A DNA stretch of 48,807 nucleotides from Endozoicomonadaceae bacterium (GCA_015163815.1 JAAOIJ010000120.1:1-48807); one strand, 5' to 3'. Positions 29,060-40,737 are shown, counted from the stretch's first letter. Translations and numbers: made by a program. The notes: generated by a model from the letters alone, not told the origin.

Positions 29060-29238
29060 AGAATAAGTTATCAATTGATTCGTTGAAATTGAAATCAATT
29101 GATCGAAAGTTTTGATTGACAACAGATTAGTCAAACCAAGATCAACAAATATTCATTGATCTTTTGATTGAAAAGATTTCTGAATATATTGTGAATGTAC
29201 GCTGCAGAAATCAAGATTGAGTAGATGTTGTTATGAAA
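29060..29238 (+). repeat. Direct repeat copy B (~180 bp), in the divergent promoter region between the 1018-aa gene and pepP
   Basis: See copy A. Same orientation, with the same palindromes. Confidence 0.9.
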
Positions 29239-29350
29239 GTTAACTTCAGATTTTAGCATTCAGTTGTTTCTCTTCTTGATAAGCAGAGGTATAATGGAAT
29301 TCATGTGAAATAAATCGATAGTATCTTGACAAATTGGTTAATTAATCGTG

Positions 29351-30655
29351 ATGCAAAAAGAGATAAATCAAGTATTTAAATTCAGAAGACAGCGTTTGAT
29401 TGAACTATTGCCATGTGATTCAATAGCGTTGATATTTTCTAATGATTATCAAATTCGTAATCGTGATATCAATTATCCTTTTAGGCAGGATAGCAATTTT
29501 TTATATTTGACAGGCTTCAATGAGCCAGACTCTATTTTGGTGCTGATGACTGATCAATCTAAAGGGGTTGATATTTTATTTTGTAGGCCAAAGAATCATT
29601 CAGAGGAAATATGGCAAGGTGAACGTTTAGGCTTGACTCAAGCAAAAGAAACTTTAAATGTAGAGACTGCGATTGATATTGAATCATTTCAAGACTTATT
29701 TTCAGGATGGATTGAAAATAAAAAAAATATTTACTTTAATTTACAAATGCCTGCAAAGCAATATCAAAAAATCAAACCATTTTTATGTGGTATGGAATCT
29801 CAAGATACGATGATTGAATCGCTTCATGAAATTAATCATTTGATTCATCCTATGCGGATGATTAAAAGTCCTGAAGAAATTATGCAAATTCAAATCGCTT
29901 GTGATATTAGTGTCTTGGCACATAAGCAAGCGATGAAAGCATGCAAGCCAGGCCAGTATGAATATGAGTTAGAGTCAATTTTAATATCAGAATTTATTCG
30001 TAAAGGGGCTCGCTTTTCTGCATATGAAAGTATTGTTGCCTCAGGCCAAAATGGTTGCACGTTGCATTATACTAATAATAATAGCCGCATTAAACCAGAT
30101 GACTTAGTGCTCATTGATGCTGGTTGCGAATGGCAAGGGTATGCATCAGATATTACTAGAACATTTCCTGCATCAGGTGTATTTTCATCAGCACAGTGTG
30201 CCATTTATGATCTTGTCTTGCTCGCACAAATGACTGTGATTGAGGCATTAGCGCCAGGGATCTACTGGCAAGATATGCATCAGCTTTCTGTAAAAATAAT
30301 GACGCAAGGACTCTTAGATTTAAATATTTTAGAAGGCACATTATCCCACTTAATTGAATCAAAAGCGATTCAACGATTTTATATGCATGGTATTGGTCAT
30401 TTTTTAGGCTTAGATGTGCATGATGTCGGTAGTATGAAGCATCAAGGAAAAAGAAGACCGCTGGAGTCAGGGATGGTTCTAACAGTTGAACCTGGTTTAT
30501 ATTTTGACCAAAACGATCTAACAATACCGGAATCTTTTCGTGGTATTAGTGTTCGTATTGAAGATGATCTTTTGATTACGCCAACAGGTGTTCGTGTTTT
30601 AACTGCAGATTTGCCAAAAACAAGTGTTGAGATCGAAGCATGGATGAAAGTATAG
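29351..30655 (+). CDS. pepP: Xaa-Pro aminopeptidase
   Basis: M24B metal-ligand motifs: LIDAGCEWQGYASDITRTF, HGIGHFLGLDVHD, VEPGLYF and VRIEDD. An N-terminal creatinase-like domain is present. A GTG at 29348 is an alternative start. Confidence 0.9.
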   Translation: MQKEINQVFKFRRQRLIELLPCDSIALIFSNDYQIRNRDINYPFRQDSNFLYLTGFNEPDSILVLMTDQSKGVDILFCRPKNHSEEIWQGERLGLTQAKETLNVETAIDIESFQDLFSGWIENKKNIYFNLQMPAKQYQKIKPFLCGMESQDTMIESLHEINHLIHPMRMIKSPEEIMQIQIACDISVLAHKQAMKACKPGQYEYELESILISEFIRKGARFSAYESIVASGQNGCTLHYTNNNSRIKPDDLVLIDAGCEWQGYASDITRTFPASGVFSSAQCAIYDLVLLAQMTVIEALAPGIYWQDMHQLSVKIMTQGLLDLNILEGTLSHLIESKAIQRFYMHGIGHFLGLDVHDVGSMKHQGKRRPLESGMVLTVEPGLYFDQNDLTIPESFRGISVRIEDDLLITPTGVRVLTADLPKTSVEIEAWMKV

Positions 30656-31899
30656 ATTCTGTTGATGTCAATCTCGAATCAAAACATGAGCATATTGCGA
30701 TTATAGGTGGCGGCTTAGTTGGGCTCAGTGTTGCTTTGAGCTTGCTGCATTGTAATCAAAAAACGCCAACGCGATTGAAGCAAATTGTTTTAATTGACCC
30801 CGTGCACCCAACACAAATTGCTGCCAATAGTATCAAATCAAAAACCGTGGCCATCTCTTATGGCAGTCGAATAATATATGAATCATTAAATTTTTGGCAT
30901 ACTATTCATCATTTAGCAGAACCCATTAAATCAGTTCAAGTATCTATTCAAAATAGTTGCGCTACAACGACCTTGTTAGCCTCTCAATCACATGTGCCTG
31001 CCTTAGGCTATGTGATTCCTGACTCAGACCTGATCATGGCGTTATGGCGTCATCTTGAAGCTGATGAATGTTTTATTATGAAGCAAGCTGAATTGGAATC
31101 TATTGTATTTTCAGGATCTCAATCGACATTAAAAATATTAGAAAATAATAAGACGCTTCATCTGACTGCAGATTTAGTCATTTTAGCAAATGGTAATAAT
31201 ACAGCATTTCATAAAAAATTAGGCTTTATACCTACTTGTAAATCGTATAAGCAAACGGCACTCGTTGCCTCTTTAAAGCACCAATATCCACACATGGGCT
31301 GCGCCTTTGAGCATTTTACGCCGGATGGTCCAATCGCTTTATTGCCATGCCAATCTAACACTCAAACAAGTAGTAGTTTGGTTTGGGTGATGTCAACAGA
31401 TCAAGCAGGCAAGAAAAAGCAAGCGTCTGATGTTCAGTTTTTAGAACAAATACCGAAGCAGTTTACAAATCAACTGGGTCATTTTACACAAGTTGAAGCA
31501 AGGCAAACATTTCCTGTTATATTGAGTACACATTCAGAACCTGTGCGCCCAGGCTTGCTTCTGATGGGTAATGCAGACAATACCTTACACCCGGTAGCAG
31601 GGCAAAGTTATAATTTAGCTTTGCGGCATGCAATGACTTTAGTTTCAGTGTTATCTCAAGCATCAAGTCAGTATGCATTAGGTCATCTTTATCATTTAAA
31701 TGCATATCGAAATCAACAGCGCATGGATACCATGCGAACCATTTTTTTTACAGATCAATTAGTCAAACAAGCTGCATCCACTAAAAAAAGAAGCTCGCGT
31801 TTATTATTTAGTCTTGGTTTATTCGCAGCTCATCATGTTCCTTGTCTTAATCATATGATTTCACACTATGGTATGGGGCTTGTGGGGTATGGTGAATGA
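30640..31899 (+). CDS. ubiH: FAD-dependent ubiquinone biosynthesis hydroxylase, UbiH-like
   Basis: GxGxxG (IIGGGLVGLS) and GNADNTLHPVAGQSYNLALR. Its position after pepP matches the E. coli pepP-ubiH-ubiI order. It overlaps pepP by 16 nt. Confidence 0.78.
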   Translation: MDESIDSVDVNLESKHEHIAIIGGGLVGLSVALSLLHCNQKTPTRLKQIVLIDPVHPTQIAANSIKSKTVAISYGSRIIYESLNFWHTIHHLAEPIKSVQVSIQNSCATTTLLASQSHVPALGYVIPDSDLIMALWRHLEADECFIMKQAELESIVFSGSQSTLKILENNKTLHLTADLVILANGNNTAFHKKLGFIPTCKSYKQTALVASLKHQYPHMGCAFEHFTPDGPIALLPCQSNTQTSSSLVWVMSTDQAGKKKQASDVQFLEQIPKQFTNQLGHFTQVEARQTFPVILSTHSEPVRPGLLLMGNADNTLHPVAGQSYNLALRHAMTLVSVLSQASSQYALGHLYHLNAYRNQQRMDTMRTIFFTDQLVKQAASTKKRSSRLLFSLGLFAAHHVPCLNHMISHYGMGLVGYGE

Positions 31900-33137
31900 A
31901 GCCAGTCTCTCCTTGTGATATCTTGATCGTGGGTGGAGGCGTTATTGGGTTAACGCTAGCCAATGCTTTAGCTTGTACAACCAATGCTTCTGTCAGCTTA
32001 ATTGAAAAAAAAACATGGTTAACACCCTCTCATTCTGAAATATGCTTATCTAGTGTTCCTGTATCAGCTTTAACTTGGTCTTCAATTCAATTGATGAAGA
32101 ATCTAGGAATATGGTCTCTTATTCCTTCTCAATATCTTTGTTTTCTTGATCAAATGATCGTATGGGATCAAGAAGGCATTGGTTCTCTTCATTTGAATGC
32201 AGCCACAACAGGTTACCCTTATATGGGATGTTTAATTGAGAATCATCGGTTAGAAGAAGCTTTATTATTGAAATTAAAAACAACGCGAGTGCAATTATTG
32301 GATCAAGTTGAACTGATATCAATCTGTGACAATAATGAATCCGTTTTATTGGATACCAATCAAGGATATTTCAAAGCAAAACTGGTTATTGGTGCAGATG
32401 GTTCATGTTCGATGTTGCGAGCTTTGAGTGGCATGCCAACTATCTCTAAATCTTGCTTGCATCATGCTATCGTCTGTCAAATTCAAACTCATTTTTCGAG
32501 CCCACAACAGGCTTGGCAAGTCTTTCAAAAAACAGGGGTGTTAGCTGTTTTGCCGTTATCTTCGCCAGATTTATTATCTAGAAAAGCAATTGTGTGGTCA
32601 ACGCTTCCGCATATTGCGCATCAATTAATGCATATGAATGATGCTGAATTTTCTGCAGCTTTTTTGAAAGCATCCGAACAGTGTGTTGGTGAGATTCAAA
32701 ACATGAGTGCGCGCCTATGTATTCCATTAGTTCAGCGCCATGTAAAAAAATATTATATTAATCGTATTGTGCTAGTGGGTGATGCTGCGCATACTATTCA
32801 CCCATTAGCAGGACAAGGTATGAACTTAGGGCTATTAGATGTCGCTGCATTAGCTCATTTAATACGAAATACGTCATCATTGATGCATCAGGCTACATTG
32901 CAAGCCATGTTGGCACAATATCAAGCTTTGCGACAACAAGAGAATCATTTGATGCGATATGCTATGCATTTTTTGCAACATTTTTTTTGCCAACAGTCAC
33001 CTGGGCTGCATAGTTTTCGTCAATTTGGAATGCAATCGCTTAATCAATCTAAATGGATGAAAAATTTTTTAATACGCTATGCCATGGGTTTGAAAAAAAA
33101 TTCATCTGTATTAATGGATGTTGATTTGACAGTGTAA
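31896..33137 (+). CDS. ubiI: FAD-dependent ubiquinone biosynthesis hydroxylase, UbiI/VisC-like
   Basis: IVGGGVIGLT and LVGDAAHTIHPLAGQGMNLGL. It overlaps ubiH by 4 nt. The paralogue assignment (UbiI versus UbiF) rests on synteny only. Confidence 0.68.
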   Translation: MKPVSPCDILIVGGGVIGLTLANALACTTNASVSLIEKKTWLTPSHSEICLSSVPVSALTWSSIQLMKNLGIWSLIPSQYLCFLDQMIVWDQEGIGSLHLNAATTGYPYMGCLIENHRLEEALLLKLKTTRVQLLDQVELISICDNNESVLLDTNQGYFKAKLVIGADGSCSMLRALSGMPTISKSCLHHAIVCQIQTHFSSPQQAWQVFQKTGVLAVLPLSSPDLLSRKAIVWSTLPHIAHQLMHMNDAEFSAAFLKASEQCVGEIQNMSARLCIPLVQRHVKKYYINRIVLVGDAAHTIHPLAGQGMNLGLLDVAALAHLIRNTSSLMHQATLQAMLAQYQALRQQENHLMRYAMHFLQHFFCQQSPGLHSFRQFGMQSLNQSKWMKNFLIRYAMGLKKNSSVLMDVDLTV

Positions 33138-33287
33138 CAATAAAAAGACTTTGTGCATGGACAAGATCAGTATAAAATAATGATTTGATGCTATATGCAT
33201 GCAACAACTATTTTAGATTTTGTGTTGAGAGTCAAGCAGGTTATGATAGCGAATGGGCGCTTATTTTATTATTCAAAGGCATGAGGT

Positions 33288-34616
33288 ATGACATATATTA
33301 AGAAAGGTTTGGATTTGCCAATTTTAGGCGTTCCAGATCAACAAATTTCAGACGCTAAGCCTATTAAACAGATTGCTGTTTTAGGGCATAACTATGTTCA
33401 TATGAAGCCTACCTTGCTAGTTTCTGAAGGCGAAGAGGTGTTAGCAGGTCAACCTTTATTTTCAGATAAAAAAAATCCAAAAATAAAATATACTACACCT
33501 GTTTCAGGCGTTGTCTCTTCAATTAATCGTGGTGAAAAACGGGTTTTACAATCAATTGTGGTGACTTGTAATCATAAGCCAGGCTTATCTTTTAGTGCGT
33601 TTAAAAAAGAACAACTGAAAACGCTGAAATCTGAGCAAATTATATCACAATTGTTAGCATCAGGCTTGTGGACTGCTTTTCGAACGCGTCCTTATAGTCG
33701 GACTCCTGATCCTGATTCAGTGCCTTCTGCTATTTTTGTCACAGCAATCGATACTCGACCTTTATCTGCTAACCCAGCTGGGATATTAAGTCAATATAAA
33801 GCACAGTTTGAAGCAGGCCTTATCGTTTTAAAACAATTGCATCCCATTATTTATGTTTGTACTGCACCAGGTGTTCGTGTTGATGTCGATACAGTTAAAC
33901 AAGCTGTTTTTTCAGGGCCTCATCCTGCTGGATTACCTGGGACACATATCCATTTTTTATCCCCTGTTAGCATGAACAAACAAGTTTGGCATCTGAATTA
34001 TCAAGACGTGATTGCAATTGGTTATTTGTTTTTAATGGGTACATTATGGGCGGAGCGTATTATTGCTATTGGCGGACCTAAGTTGAAAAAACCTAGATTA
34101 ATTCGAGCTTGTTTGGGTGCTTCATTGAATGATTTGCTTGACAATGAAATACAAGATGGACCTCATCGTGTGATTAGTGGATCTGTCTTAGATGGCGACA
34201 TATCTCAAGCACCCTGTGAATTTTTAGGACGCTATCATTTGCAAGTCAGTGTATTAGAGGAAGCCGTTTCACGTACTTTTTTGCATTATTTAAGATTAGG
34301 CGTGACACAATTTTCTGTGATGCCTGTATACTGGTCTCGTTTTTTAAATAAACGTTTTAATATGACAACATCAACACAAGGTAGTCCTCGTGCAATGGTT
34401 CCGATTGGGAGTTATGAACGTGTTATGCCGCTCGATATTTTGCCAACGCAATTATTACGAGCTTTGATTGTTCAAGATGTAGAAATGGCTGAAAAATTAG
34501 GTATGTTAGAATTGGATGAAGAAGATTTAGCTTTGTGTACTTTTGTCTGTCCTGGTAAATATGAATATGGGCCTATTTTACGAGATAATTTGACGATATT
34601 TGAAAAGGAGGGTTAA
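33288..34616 (+). CDS. nqrA: Na+-translocating NADH:quinone reductase subunit A
   Basis: [18 protein letters not shown] resembles the Vibrio NqrA N-terminus ([14 protein letters not shown]). It is the first gene of a six-gene operon in canonical order. Confidence 0.92.
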   Translation: MTYIKKGLDLPILGVPDQQISDAKPIKQIAVLGHNYVHMKPTLLVSEGEEVLAGQPLFSDKKNPKIKYTTPVSGVVSSINRGEKRVLQSIVVTCNHKPGLSFSAFKKEQLKTLKSEQIISQLLASGLWTAFRTRPYSRTPDPDSVPSAIFVTAIDTRPLSANPAGILSQYKAQFEAGLIVLKQLHPIIYVCTAPGVRVDVDTVKQAVFSGPHPAGLPGTHIHFLSPVSMNKQVWHLNYQDVIAIGYLFLMGTLWAERIIAIGGPKLKKPRLIRACLGASLNDLLDNEIQDGPHRVISGSVLDGDISQAPCEFLGRYHLQVSVLEEAVSRTFLHYLRLGVTQFSVMPVYWSRFLNKRFNMTTSTQGSPRAMVPIGSYERVMPLDILPTQLLRALIVQDVEMAEKLGMLELDEEDLALCTFVCPGKYEYGPILRDNLTIFEKEG

Positions 34617-34618
34617 AC

Positions 34619-35836
34619 ATGATGCAGCAAAAATTTAGTTTTTTAAGGCGCTCCTTAGATAAAATAGCACCCGCTTTTCACAAAGGCGGTAAGTGGGAAA
34701 AATATTATCCTTTATATGAAGCAGTCGATACTATTTTTTATAGCCCAGACTCCGTAACAGTCGGTGCTTCTCATGTGAGAGATAGCCTTGATTTAAAAAG
34801 AATTATGATTACGGTTTGGCTGTGTACTTTTCCTGCTATGTTTTTTGGTATGTGGAATATTGGTTTTCAAGCAAATCAAGCAATATTACACAGTGCATTA
34901 ACACCCGATTTAGGATGGCTTTCTTTTTTAGGGATTGGCCATGACATGCATTCATTTGTAGATAATTTTTGTTATGGTGCCATGACATTTATCCCCATTT
35001 ACTGTGTTGTTTTTATTGTAGGTGGTGCTTGGGAAGTCTTGTTTTCTGTGATTCGTCGTCATGAAATTAACGAAGGTTTTTTTGTGACATCCGTCTTATT
35101 TGCATTAACTTTGCCGCCCACAATCCCTTTGTGGCAAGCAGCTTTAGGTATCTCTTTTGGCGTGGTAATAGGGAAAGAAGTATTTGGTGGTACTGGAAAA
35201 AACTTTTTAAATCCAGCTTTAGTCGGACGTGCTTTTCTGTATTTTGCTTACCCTGCCTATTTATCAGGAGAAACGGTATTTAATGCAGTAGAAGGTGTTA
35301 GTAGTGCCACCGCTTTGAGTTTAGCTCAAGATGGTGGGGTATCTGAAATTTTAGGACATAATATTCAATGGCTTGATGCATTTTTAGGAACTATTCAAGG
35401 ATCTGTTGGAGAAACATCGACAGTCGCTATTTTAATTGGCGGTTTGATTTTAGTCGGAATGGGTATTGCTTCTTGGCGAATTATTGTCGGCACCTTTTTA
35501 GGTATGTTAATTACCAGTTTATTATTTAATTGGATTGGTTCAGATACAAATCCAATGTTTGCCTTACCTTGGTATTGGCATTTTGTACTGGGAGGATTTG
35601 CCTTTGGTTTGATTTTTATGACAACAGACCCTGTATCTTCTGCTATGACTCATACAGGACGTTGGTTTTTTGGTTTATTAATTGGTTTTATGACGGTTCT
35701 GATTCGAGTGATTAATCCAGCTTATCCAGAAGGCATTATGTTAGCCATATTATTTGCCAATATTTTTGCACCTAGTATCGATTATCTTGTTATGCGTGCA
35801 AATATAAAACGTCGGGAGGCACGTCAGAATGTCTAA
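34619..35836 (+). CDS. nqrB: Na+-NQR subunit B
   Basis: Polytopic protein with an FMN-attachment-type motif (GVSSATALS). GGAGGG RBS. In the canonical position. Confidence 0.92.
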   Translation: MMQQKFSFLRRSLDKIAPAFHKGGKWEKYYPLYEAVDTIFYSPDSVTVGASHVRDSLDLKRIMITVWLCTFPAMFFGMWNIGFQANQAILHSALTPDLGWLSFLGIGHDMHSFVDNFCYGAMTFIPIYCVVFIVGGAWEVLFSVIRRHEINEGFFVTSVLFALTLPPTIPLWQAALGISFGVVIGKEVFGGTGKNFLNPALVGRAFLYFAYPAYLSGETVFNAVEGVSSATALSLAQDGGVSEILGHNIQWLDAFLGTIQGSVGETSTVAILIGGLILVGMGIASWRIIVGTFLGMLITSLLFNWIGSDTNPMFALPWYWHFVLGGFAFGLIFMTTDPVSSAMTHTGRWFFGLLIGFMTVLIRVINPAYPEGIMLAILFANIFAPSIDYLVMRANIKRREARQNV

Positions 35837-36635
35837 ACAAGAATCCACTTTTAAGGTGATCAGCGCAACGCTATTATTATGTTTAGTGTGTTCTGTTTTA
35901 GTCTCGGTGACAGCTGTTTCACTTAAAACACGCCAAGATGCGAATAAACAACTGGAAATGGAGAAAAATATTTTAGCAGTTTCAGACTTAGTAGAAGATC
36001 CTGAAAATTTAACACGAGATCAAGTCGTTTCTATTGCTAAAAAATCATTGACACCACGCTTAATTGAGTTAAAAACAGGACAAATATATACAGGAGATGA
36101 TTTGAATGTTGCCACATATGATTTTAAAAATGCTTTAAAAGATGATCAATTATCTGATGTTTTACCGCAGAACCAAGATCCTGCCTCCATTAAACGAAAA
36201 GAACATTATGCTAAAGTATACTTAGTGCATGATGAAAAAGGCGATTTAAAAACGCTGATATTGCCAGTGAGAGGATATGGTTTATGGTCTACTTTATATG
36301 GTTTTTTAGCACTTGAACATGACTTAGAAACTATTCGAGGTTTAACTTTTTATGAGCAACAAGAAACACCTGGGTTAGGTGGAGAAGTTGATAATCCTCG
36401 ATGGAAAAAGCAATGGAAAGGCAAGCATATCTTTGACCAAGAAGGTCGATTGTCGATTCAAGTTGTGAAAGGAACTGTTCAATTGGATACAGCTAAAGCA
36501 AAGCATCAAGTAGATGGAATATCAGGCGCTACTTTAACAAGTCGTGGGGTAAATAATTTGATTAACTTTTGGTTAGGACCTCAAGCATTTGGGCCATTTT
36601 TATTCAATTTAAAGCAAGAGAAACGTAAATCATGA
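35829..36635 (+). CDS. nqrC: Na+-NQR subunit C
   Basis: Single N-terminal TM segment and FMN-attachment motif [12 protein letters not shown]. It overlaps nqrB by 8 nt. Confidence 0.92.
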   Translation: MSKQESTFKVISATLLLCLVCSVLVSVTAVSLKTRQDANKQLEMEKNILAVSDLVEDPENLTRDQVVSIAKKSLTPRLIELKTGQIYTGDDLNVATYDFKNALKDDQLSDVLPQNQDPASIKRKEHYAKVYLVHDEKGDLKTLILPVRGYGLWSTLYGFLALEHDLETIRGLTFYEQQETPGLGGEVDNPRWKKQWKGKHIFDQEGRLSIQVVKGTVQLDTAKAKHQVDGISGATLTSRGVNNLINFWLGPQAFGPFLFNLKQEKRKS

Positions 36636-37291
36636 GTGATTCTACGAAAACATTAATACTATCACCTGTGTTCAGTAATAATCCCATTACTTTGCAAATT
36701 TTAGGGATTTGTTCTGCGTTAGCTGTGACAACAACGATGAGTACTAGTTTAGTGATGGCAGCTTCTGTCGCAGTTGTAACTGCTTTATCTAGTATGTTTA
36801 TTTCAATGCTGCGTCATCATATTCCTAGTAGTATTCGAATTATTGCTCAAATGGCCATTATTGCTTCTTTAGTGATTGTAGTCGATCAAATTTTACGAGC
36901 TTATGCTTTTAGTGTGAGTAAACAGCTATCCGTGTTTGTTGGGCTCATTATCACCAACTGTATTGTTATGGGTCGTGCTGAAGGATTTGCTATGAGTAAT
37001 CCGCCAGTTGCTTCATTTTGGGATGGCATTGGTAACGGTTTAGGGTATGGCGTTATTTTAATTATTGTTGCTTTTTTTAGAGAGTTGCTAGGGTCAGGAA
37101 AAATATTAGGTTTAACGCTTTTGGATACTGTCAGTAATGGTGGATGGTATGTTCCCAATGGATTAATGTTATTAGCACCTAGTGCGTTTTTTATCATTGG
37201 ACTTTTAATTTGGGGACTTCGTACGATATATATTAATCAATGTGAGACGCCTGAATATGTCATTGCAAATCAAACTAAATTAATGCAATAA
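36632..37291 (+). CDS. nqrD: Na+-NQR subunit D
   Basis: RnfE-like polytopic protein ([18 protein letters not shown]). It overlaps nqrC by 4 nt. Confidence 0.92.
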   Translation: MSDSTKTLILSPVFSNNPITLQILGICSALAVTTTMSTSLVMAASVAVVTALSSMFISMLRHHIPSSIRIIAQMAIIASLVIVVDQILRAYAFSVSKQLSVFVGLIITNCIVMGRAEGFAMSNPPVASFWDGIGNGLGYGVILIIVAFFRELLGSGKILGLTLLDTVSNGGWYVPNGLMLLAPSAFFIIGLLIWGLRTIYINQCETPEYVIANQTKLMQ

Positions 37292-37302
37292 GGGTATCCG
37301 AT

Positions 37303-37911
37303 ATGGAGCATTATCTCAGCTTATTATTGAAAGCCATCTTTATAGAAAATATGGCACTTTCTTTTTTCTTAGGCATGTGTACTTTTTTAGCCGTATCTAA
37401 AAAAATGGAAACAGCTGTCGGTTTAGGTATTGCGGTTGTTGTCGTTCAAGCGATTACAATCCCAGTGAATAACCTGGTATTTCAGTATTTATTAAAATTA
37501 GGAGCCTTAAGTTGGCTAGGTTTGCCTGAAATTGATTTAAGCTTTTTAGGATTTATTACTTATATAGGTGTCATTGCAGCCATTGTACAAATTTTAGAAT
37601 TTTTTTTAGATAAATATATTCCTGCTTTATATAATGCCTTAGGTATTTATTTGCCTTTAATTACGGTAAATTGTGCTATTTTAGGAGGCACGCTGTTTAT
37701 GGTTGAACGAGAATATACATTTAATGAAAGTCTGGTATATGGCTTTGGTTCAGGTTTTGGCTGGACGTTGGCTATTATCTCTTTAGCGGGTATTCGAGAA
37801 AAATTAAAATATAGTGATGTGCCCAATGGTCTGCAAGGGTTAGGGATTACGTTCATTACTGCTGGATTAATGGCATTAGGATTCATGTCCTTTTCAGGCA
37901 TTCAATTATAA
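37303..37911 (+). CDS. nqrE: Na+-NQR subunit E
   Basis: RnfA-like polytopic protein ([20 protein letters not shown]). Confidence 0.92.
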   Translation: MEHYLSLLLKAIFIENMALSFFLGMCTFLAVSKKMETAVGLGIAVVVVQAITIPVNNLVFQYLLKLGALSWLGLPEIDLSFLGFITYIGVIAAIVQILEFFLDKYIPALYNALGIYLPLITVNCAILGGTLFMVEREYTFNESLVYGFGSGFGWTLAIISLAGIREKLKYSDVPNGLQGLGITFITAGLMALGFMSFSGIQL

Positions 37912-37926
37912 AGAGGATGACTTAAA

Positions 37927-39159
37927 ATGAGTAATTTGTTTGTGATTATGCTTGGAATAGGCATGTTTACACTCATTGTATTATTTTTAGTCGGGCTAAT
38001 ATTAATAGCCCGTTCTATCATGGTCAGTGATGGAACTGTTAGTATTGAAATTAATGGTAATAAATCGAATCTTTTGCAAGTTTTATCTCAAGGAAAATTA
38101 TTACAAGCCTTATCAGCAAAAGGTATTTTTTTATCATCTGCTTGCGGTGGTGGTGGCACATGTGCTCAATGTCGTTGTAAAATATTATCTGGCGGAGGAG
38201 CACCTTTGCCAACTGAAACACCGCATTTTACACGTACTGAATTGCGAGAAGGATGGCGTTTATCTTGTCAGGTTCCAATTAAGCAGGATATGAATATTCA
38301 AATACCGGAAGAAATATTTGGTGTCAAAAAATGGGAATGTGAAGTACTTGAAAATAATAATGTCGCTACTTTTATTAAAGAATTAATTTTAAAATTACCA
38401 GACAATGAACAAGTTGATTTTCAAGCAGGTGGGTATGTACAATTAGAAATTCCTCCTTATTCTATGCAGTATCAAGACATTGATGTGCCAGATATATTTC
38501 GAAATGATTGGGATAAATTTTCAGTTTGGAATCATCAATCCATTGTGGATGAAACAGTTGTGCGTGCTTATTCGATGGCGAATTATCCAGACGAGCGTGG
38601 TATTTTAAAATTCAATATCCGTATCGCCTCCCCCCCGCCTGGAACAGAATACCCAGCAGGCAAAATGTCATCTTATTTGTTTAAATTAAAAGCAGGCAAT
38701 AAAATAACGGTTTATGGCCCTTTTGGCGACTTTTTCGCTAAAAAAACAGATGCAGAAATGATTTTTGTAGGTGGAGGAGCTGGTATGGCACCCATGCGCT
38801 CTCATATTTTTGATCAATTAAAACGCATTAAAACAAACCGTAAAATTACATTTTGGTATGGCGCGCGTTCTTTAAAAGAGGCTTTTTATACAGAAGAATT
38901 TAATCAGCTAGCAAAAGAAAATAAGAATTTTACATGGCATTTAGCTTTATCTGATCCACAGATAGAAGATAATTGGACAGGTTTAGTTGGATTTATTCAT
39001 CAAGTTGTACTAGATCAATATTTGAAAAATCACCCTGCACCAGAAGACTGTGAATATTATATGTGTGGCCCACCGATGATGAATTCCGCCATGATTAATA
39101 TGTTAGATTCTTTAGGAGTAGAATCTGATAATATTTTATTAGATGATTTTGGAGGTTAA
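37927..39159 (+). CDS. nqrF: Na+-NQR subunit F
   Basis: N-terminal TM segment, 2Fe-2S motif [15 protein letters not shown] motif RAYSMANYP and NADH motif [11 protein letters not shown]. Confidence 0.93.
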   Translation: MSNLFVIMLGIGMFTLIVLFLVGLILIARSIMVSDGTVSIEINGNKSNLLQVLSQGKLLQALSAKGIFLSSACGGGGTCAQCRCKILSGGGAPLPTETPHFTRTELREGWRLSCQVPIKQDMNIQIPEEIFGVKKWECEVLENNNVATFIKELILKLPDNEQVDFQAGGYVQLEIPPYSMQYQDIDVPDIFRNDWDKFSVWNHQSIVDETVVRAYSMANYPDERGILKFNIRIASPPPGTEYPAGKMSSYLFKLKAGNKITVYGPFGDFFAKKTDAEMIFVGGGAGMAPMRSHIFDQLKRIKTNRKITFWYGARSLKEAFYTEEFNQLAKENKNFTWHLALSDPQIEDNWTGLVGFIHQVVLDQYLKNHPAPEDCEYYMCGPPMMNSAMINMLDSLGVESDNILLDDFGG

Positions 39160-39318
39160 TATTTAGTGTTTTTTCTAAAAAAATCCATGCTATCTAACAA
39201 TTTTATTGTATTCACTAGATTGCAAATGAGAGAAGCAATCATAGATTTTAATGAATAATAGCGTTATTTCTTGATGCGTTAGATGAATGTTACGTCTACT
39301 ATATAGGAGTATTTCTCA

Positions 39319-39663
39319 ATGATTCAAGACAATGAGAATGAAAATGAAGCTGAAACTATTGATACATTAAAAAGCCGTGTTTACTCTAAAACACTATGGT
39401 TGCGAATATTTTATATGGCTTTTTTTTATATTTTAAGTCGTTTAGTATCTTTACTTATTGGCATATGCTGTATTCTTCAAACAATATCACGTTTGCTAAC
39501 CGGAAAGTTAATGATGCCAGTTTGGGATTTTACAGCTAATTTAAATGCCTATATGATCCAGTTAATTGAATTCTTAACCTATCGTAGTGAAGACAAACCT
39601 TTTCCTTTTATGGAATGGCCTAATCAAAATGCAGAGATGCATGTAAAATTAGATGCTGAATAA
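39319..39663 (+). CDS. DUF4389-like small membrane protein
   Basis: Two hydrophobic segments followed by YRSEDKPFPFMEWP, the pattern I associate with DUF4389. Assigned from memory only. Confidence 0.5.
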   Translation: MIQDNENENEAETIDTLKSRVYSKTLWLRIFYMAFFYILSRLVSLLIGICCILQTISRLLTGKLMMPVWDFTANLNAYMIQLIEFLTYRSEDKPFPFMEWPNQNAEMHVKLDAE

Positions 39664-39667
39664 AATG

Positions 39668-40726
39668 TTATGCTTGATTATAGATAGCATCAGGATATAT
39701 AGTGGGCTCAAGTGTTAATAAAATATTGAACTTTAAATACACTTGATCCACAACCCAGCTTGAAAAATCCAATAACTCTGTTCCATTCGCTGAGCCAGTT
39801 TGAATGAGTATCAACGCATGATCTGTATGTACGGCAATATTATTTTTTTGGTAACCTTTTAATCCACATTGTTCAATAAACCAGCCTGCTGACAATTTAA
39901 AGACGTTAGCCTTGACCTTATAGATTGGCATTTGAGGCGATTTTTTTTTTAATTGTAGTACTGTTTTTTGATTAACGATTGGATTTTTAAAAAAACTACC
40001 TGCATTGGGTTTTTTATTTGGATTGGGTATTTTTTGATTACGTATTGCACAGACAGCATGACTTATATCTTGCGCGCTCCAGTTATTATTTTCATAATGA
40101 TGAGAAAGATACTTTTTTAAAGGTGGGTAAGTGAGATTAGGATGGAATTGATGCGTCAAGTTTAAGATAATATGTGTAATAATAAAATCATGACGTAATG
40201 CATGTTTAAAGATCGAATCTCGATATTTAAATTGACAATCTTGATTGCTGAGCGTTCTCCAAATTTTTTTGCTAGGTTGATAGCCTATGACTTCATGTAA
40301 GATATCACTTAATTCAACGCCATATGCGCCAATATTTTGAATAGGAGCAGCACCAGCTGTTCCAGGAATAAGTGATAAATTTTCTAATCCATATAAATTA
40401 TTTTGAAGACTCCATTGCACAATTTGATGCCAAGAATAGCCTGCGCTTATTTTCAATAAAGCCTGTGTCTTATCTATATTGGCATTGGATATGATCGCTA
40501 TATTTTTCATGCGTAGCGGCATAATCACAGCATCGAGATATTCTCGAAAAATAATATTACTACCTGTTCCGATTGGAATCACGGGTTTATTTTTTTTTAA
40601 TGCAAAATTAAAAATAGTTGGAATATGGCTCTCGTGGTCAGCTGGATAAAAATAACGACATCGAGAAGATAGCTGAAATGTATGGTGATCCGATAAGTTA
40701 TAATGTTCATAATAAAGCTCATTCAT
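39668..40726 (-). CDS. murB: UDP-N-acetylenolpyruvoylglucosamine reductase
   Basis: GTGSNIIF, LENLSLIPGTAGAAPIQNIGAYGVE, YRDSIFKH, NAGSFFKNP and LSAGWFIEQCGLKG. The catalytic motifs are intact. Confidence 0.92.
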   Translation of the reverse strand: MNELYYEHYNLSDHHTFQLSSRCRYFYPADHESHIPTIFNFALKKNKPVIPIGTGSNIIFREYLDAVIMPLRMKNIAIISNANIDKTQALLKISAGYSWHQIVQWSLQNNLYGLENLSLIPGTAGAAPIQNIGAYGVELSDILHEVIGYQPSKKIWRTLSNQDCQFKYRDSIFKHALRHDFIITHIILNLTHQFHPNLTYPPLKKYLSHHYENNNWSAQDISHAVCAIRNQKIPNPNKKPNAGSFFKNPIVNQKTVLQLKKKSPQMPIYKVKANVFKLSAGWFIEQCGLKGYQKNNIAVHTDHALILIQTGSANGTELLDFSSWVVDQVYLKFNILLTLEPTIYPDAIYNQA

Positions 40727-40737
40727 GATGAATGAGC

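Noticed and set aside
30156-30524. 122-aa minus-strand ORF inside pepP, with similar antisense or out-of-frame ORFs inside uvrB, nupC, gltS, maeA, topB, ubiH, ubiI, nqrB, nqrD, nqrE, nqrF and kdsB
   Set aside because: Each is wholly embedded in a gene with strong family motifs on the other strand or frame. I found no independent support for any of them.
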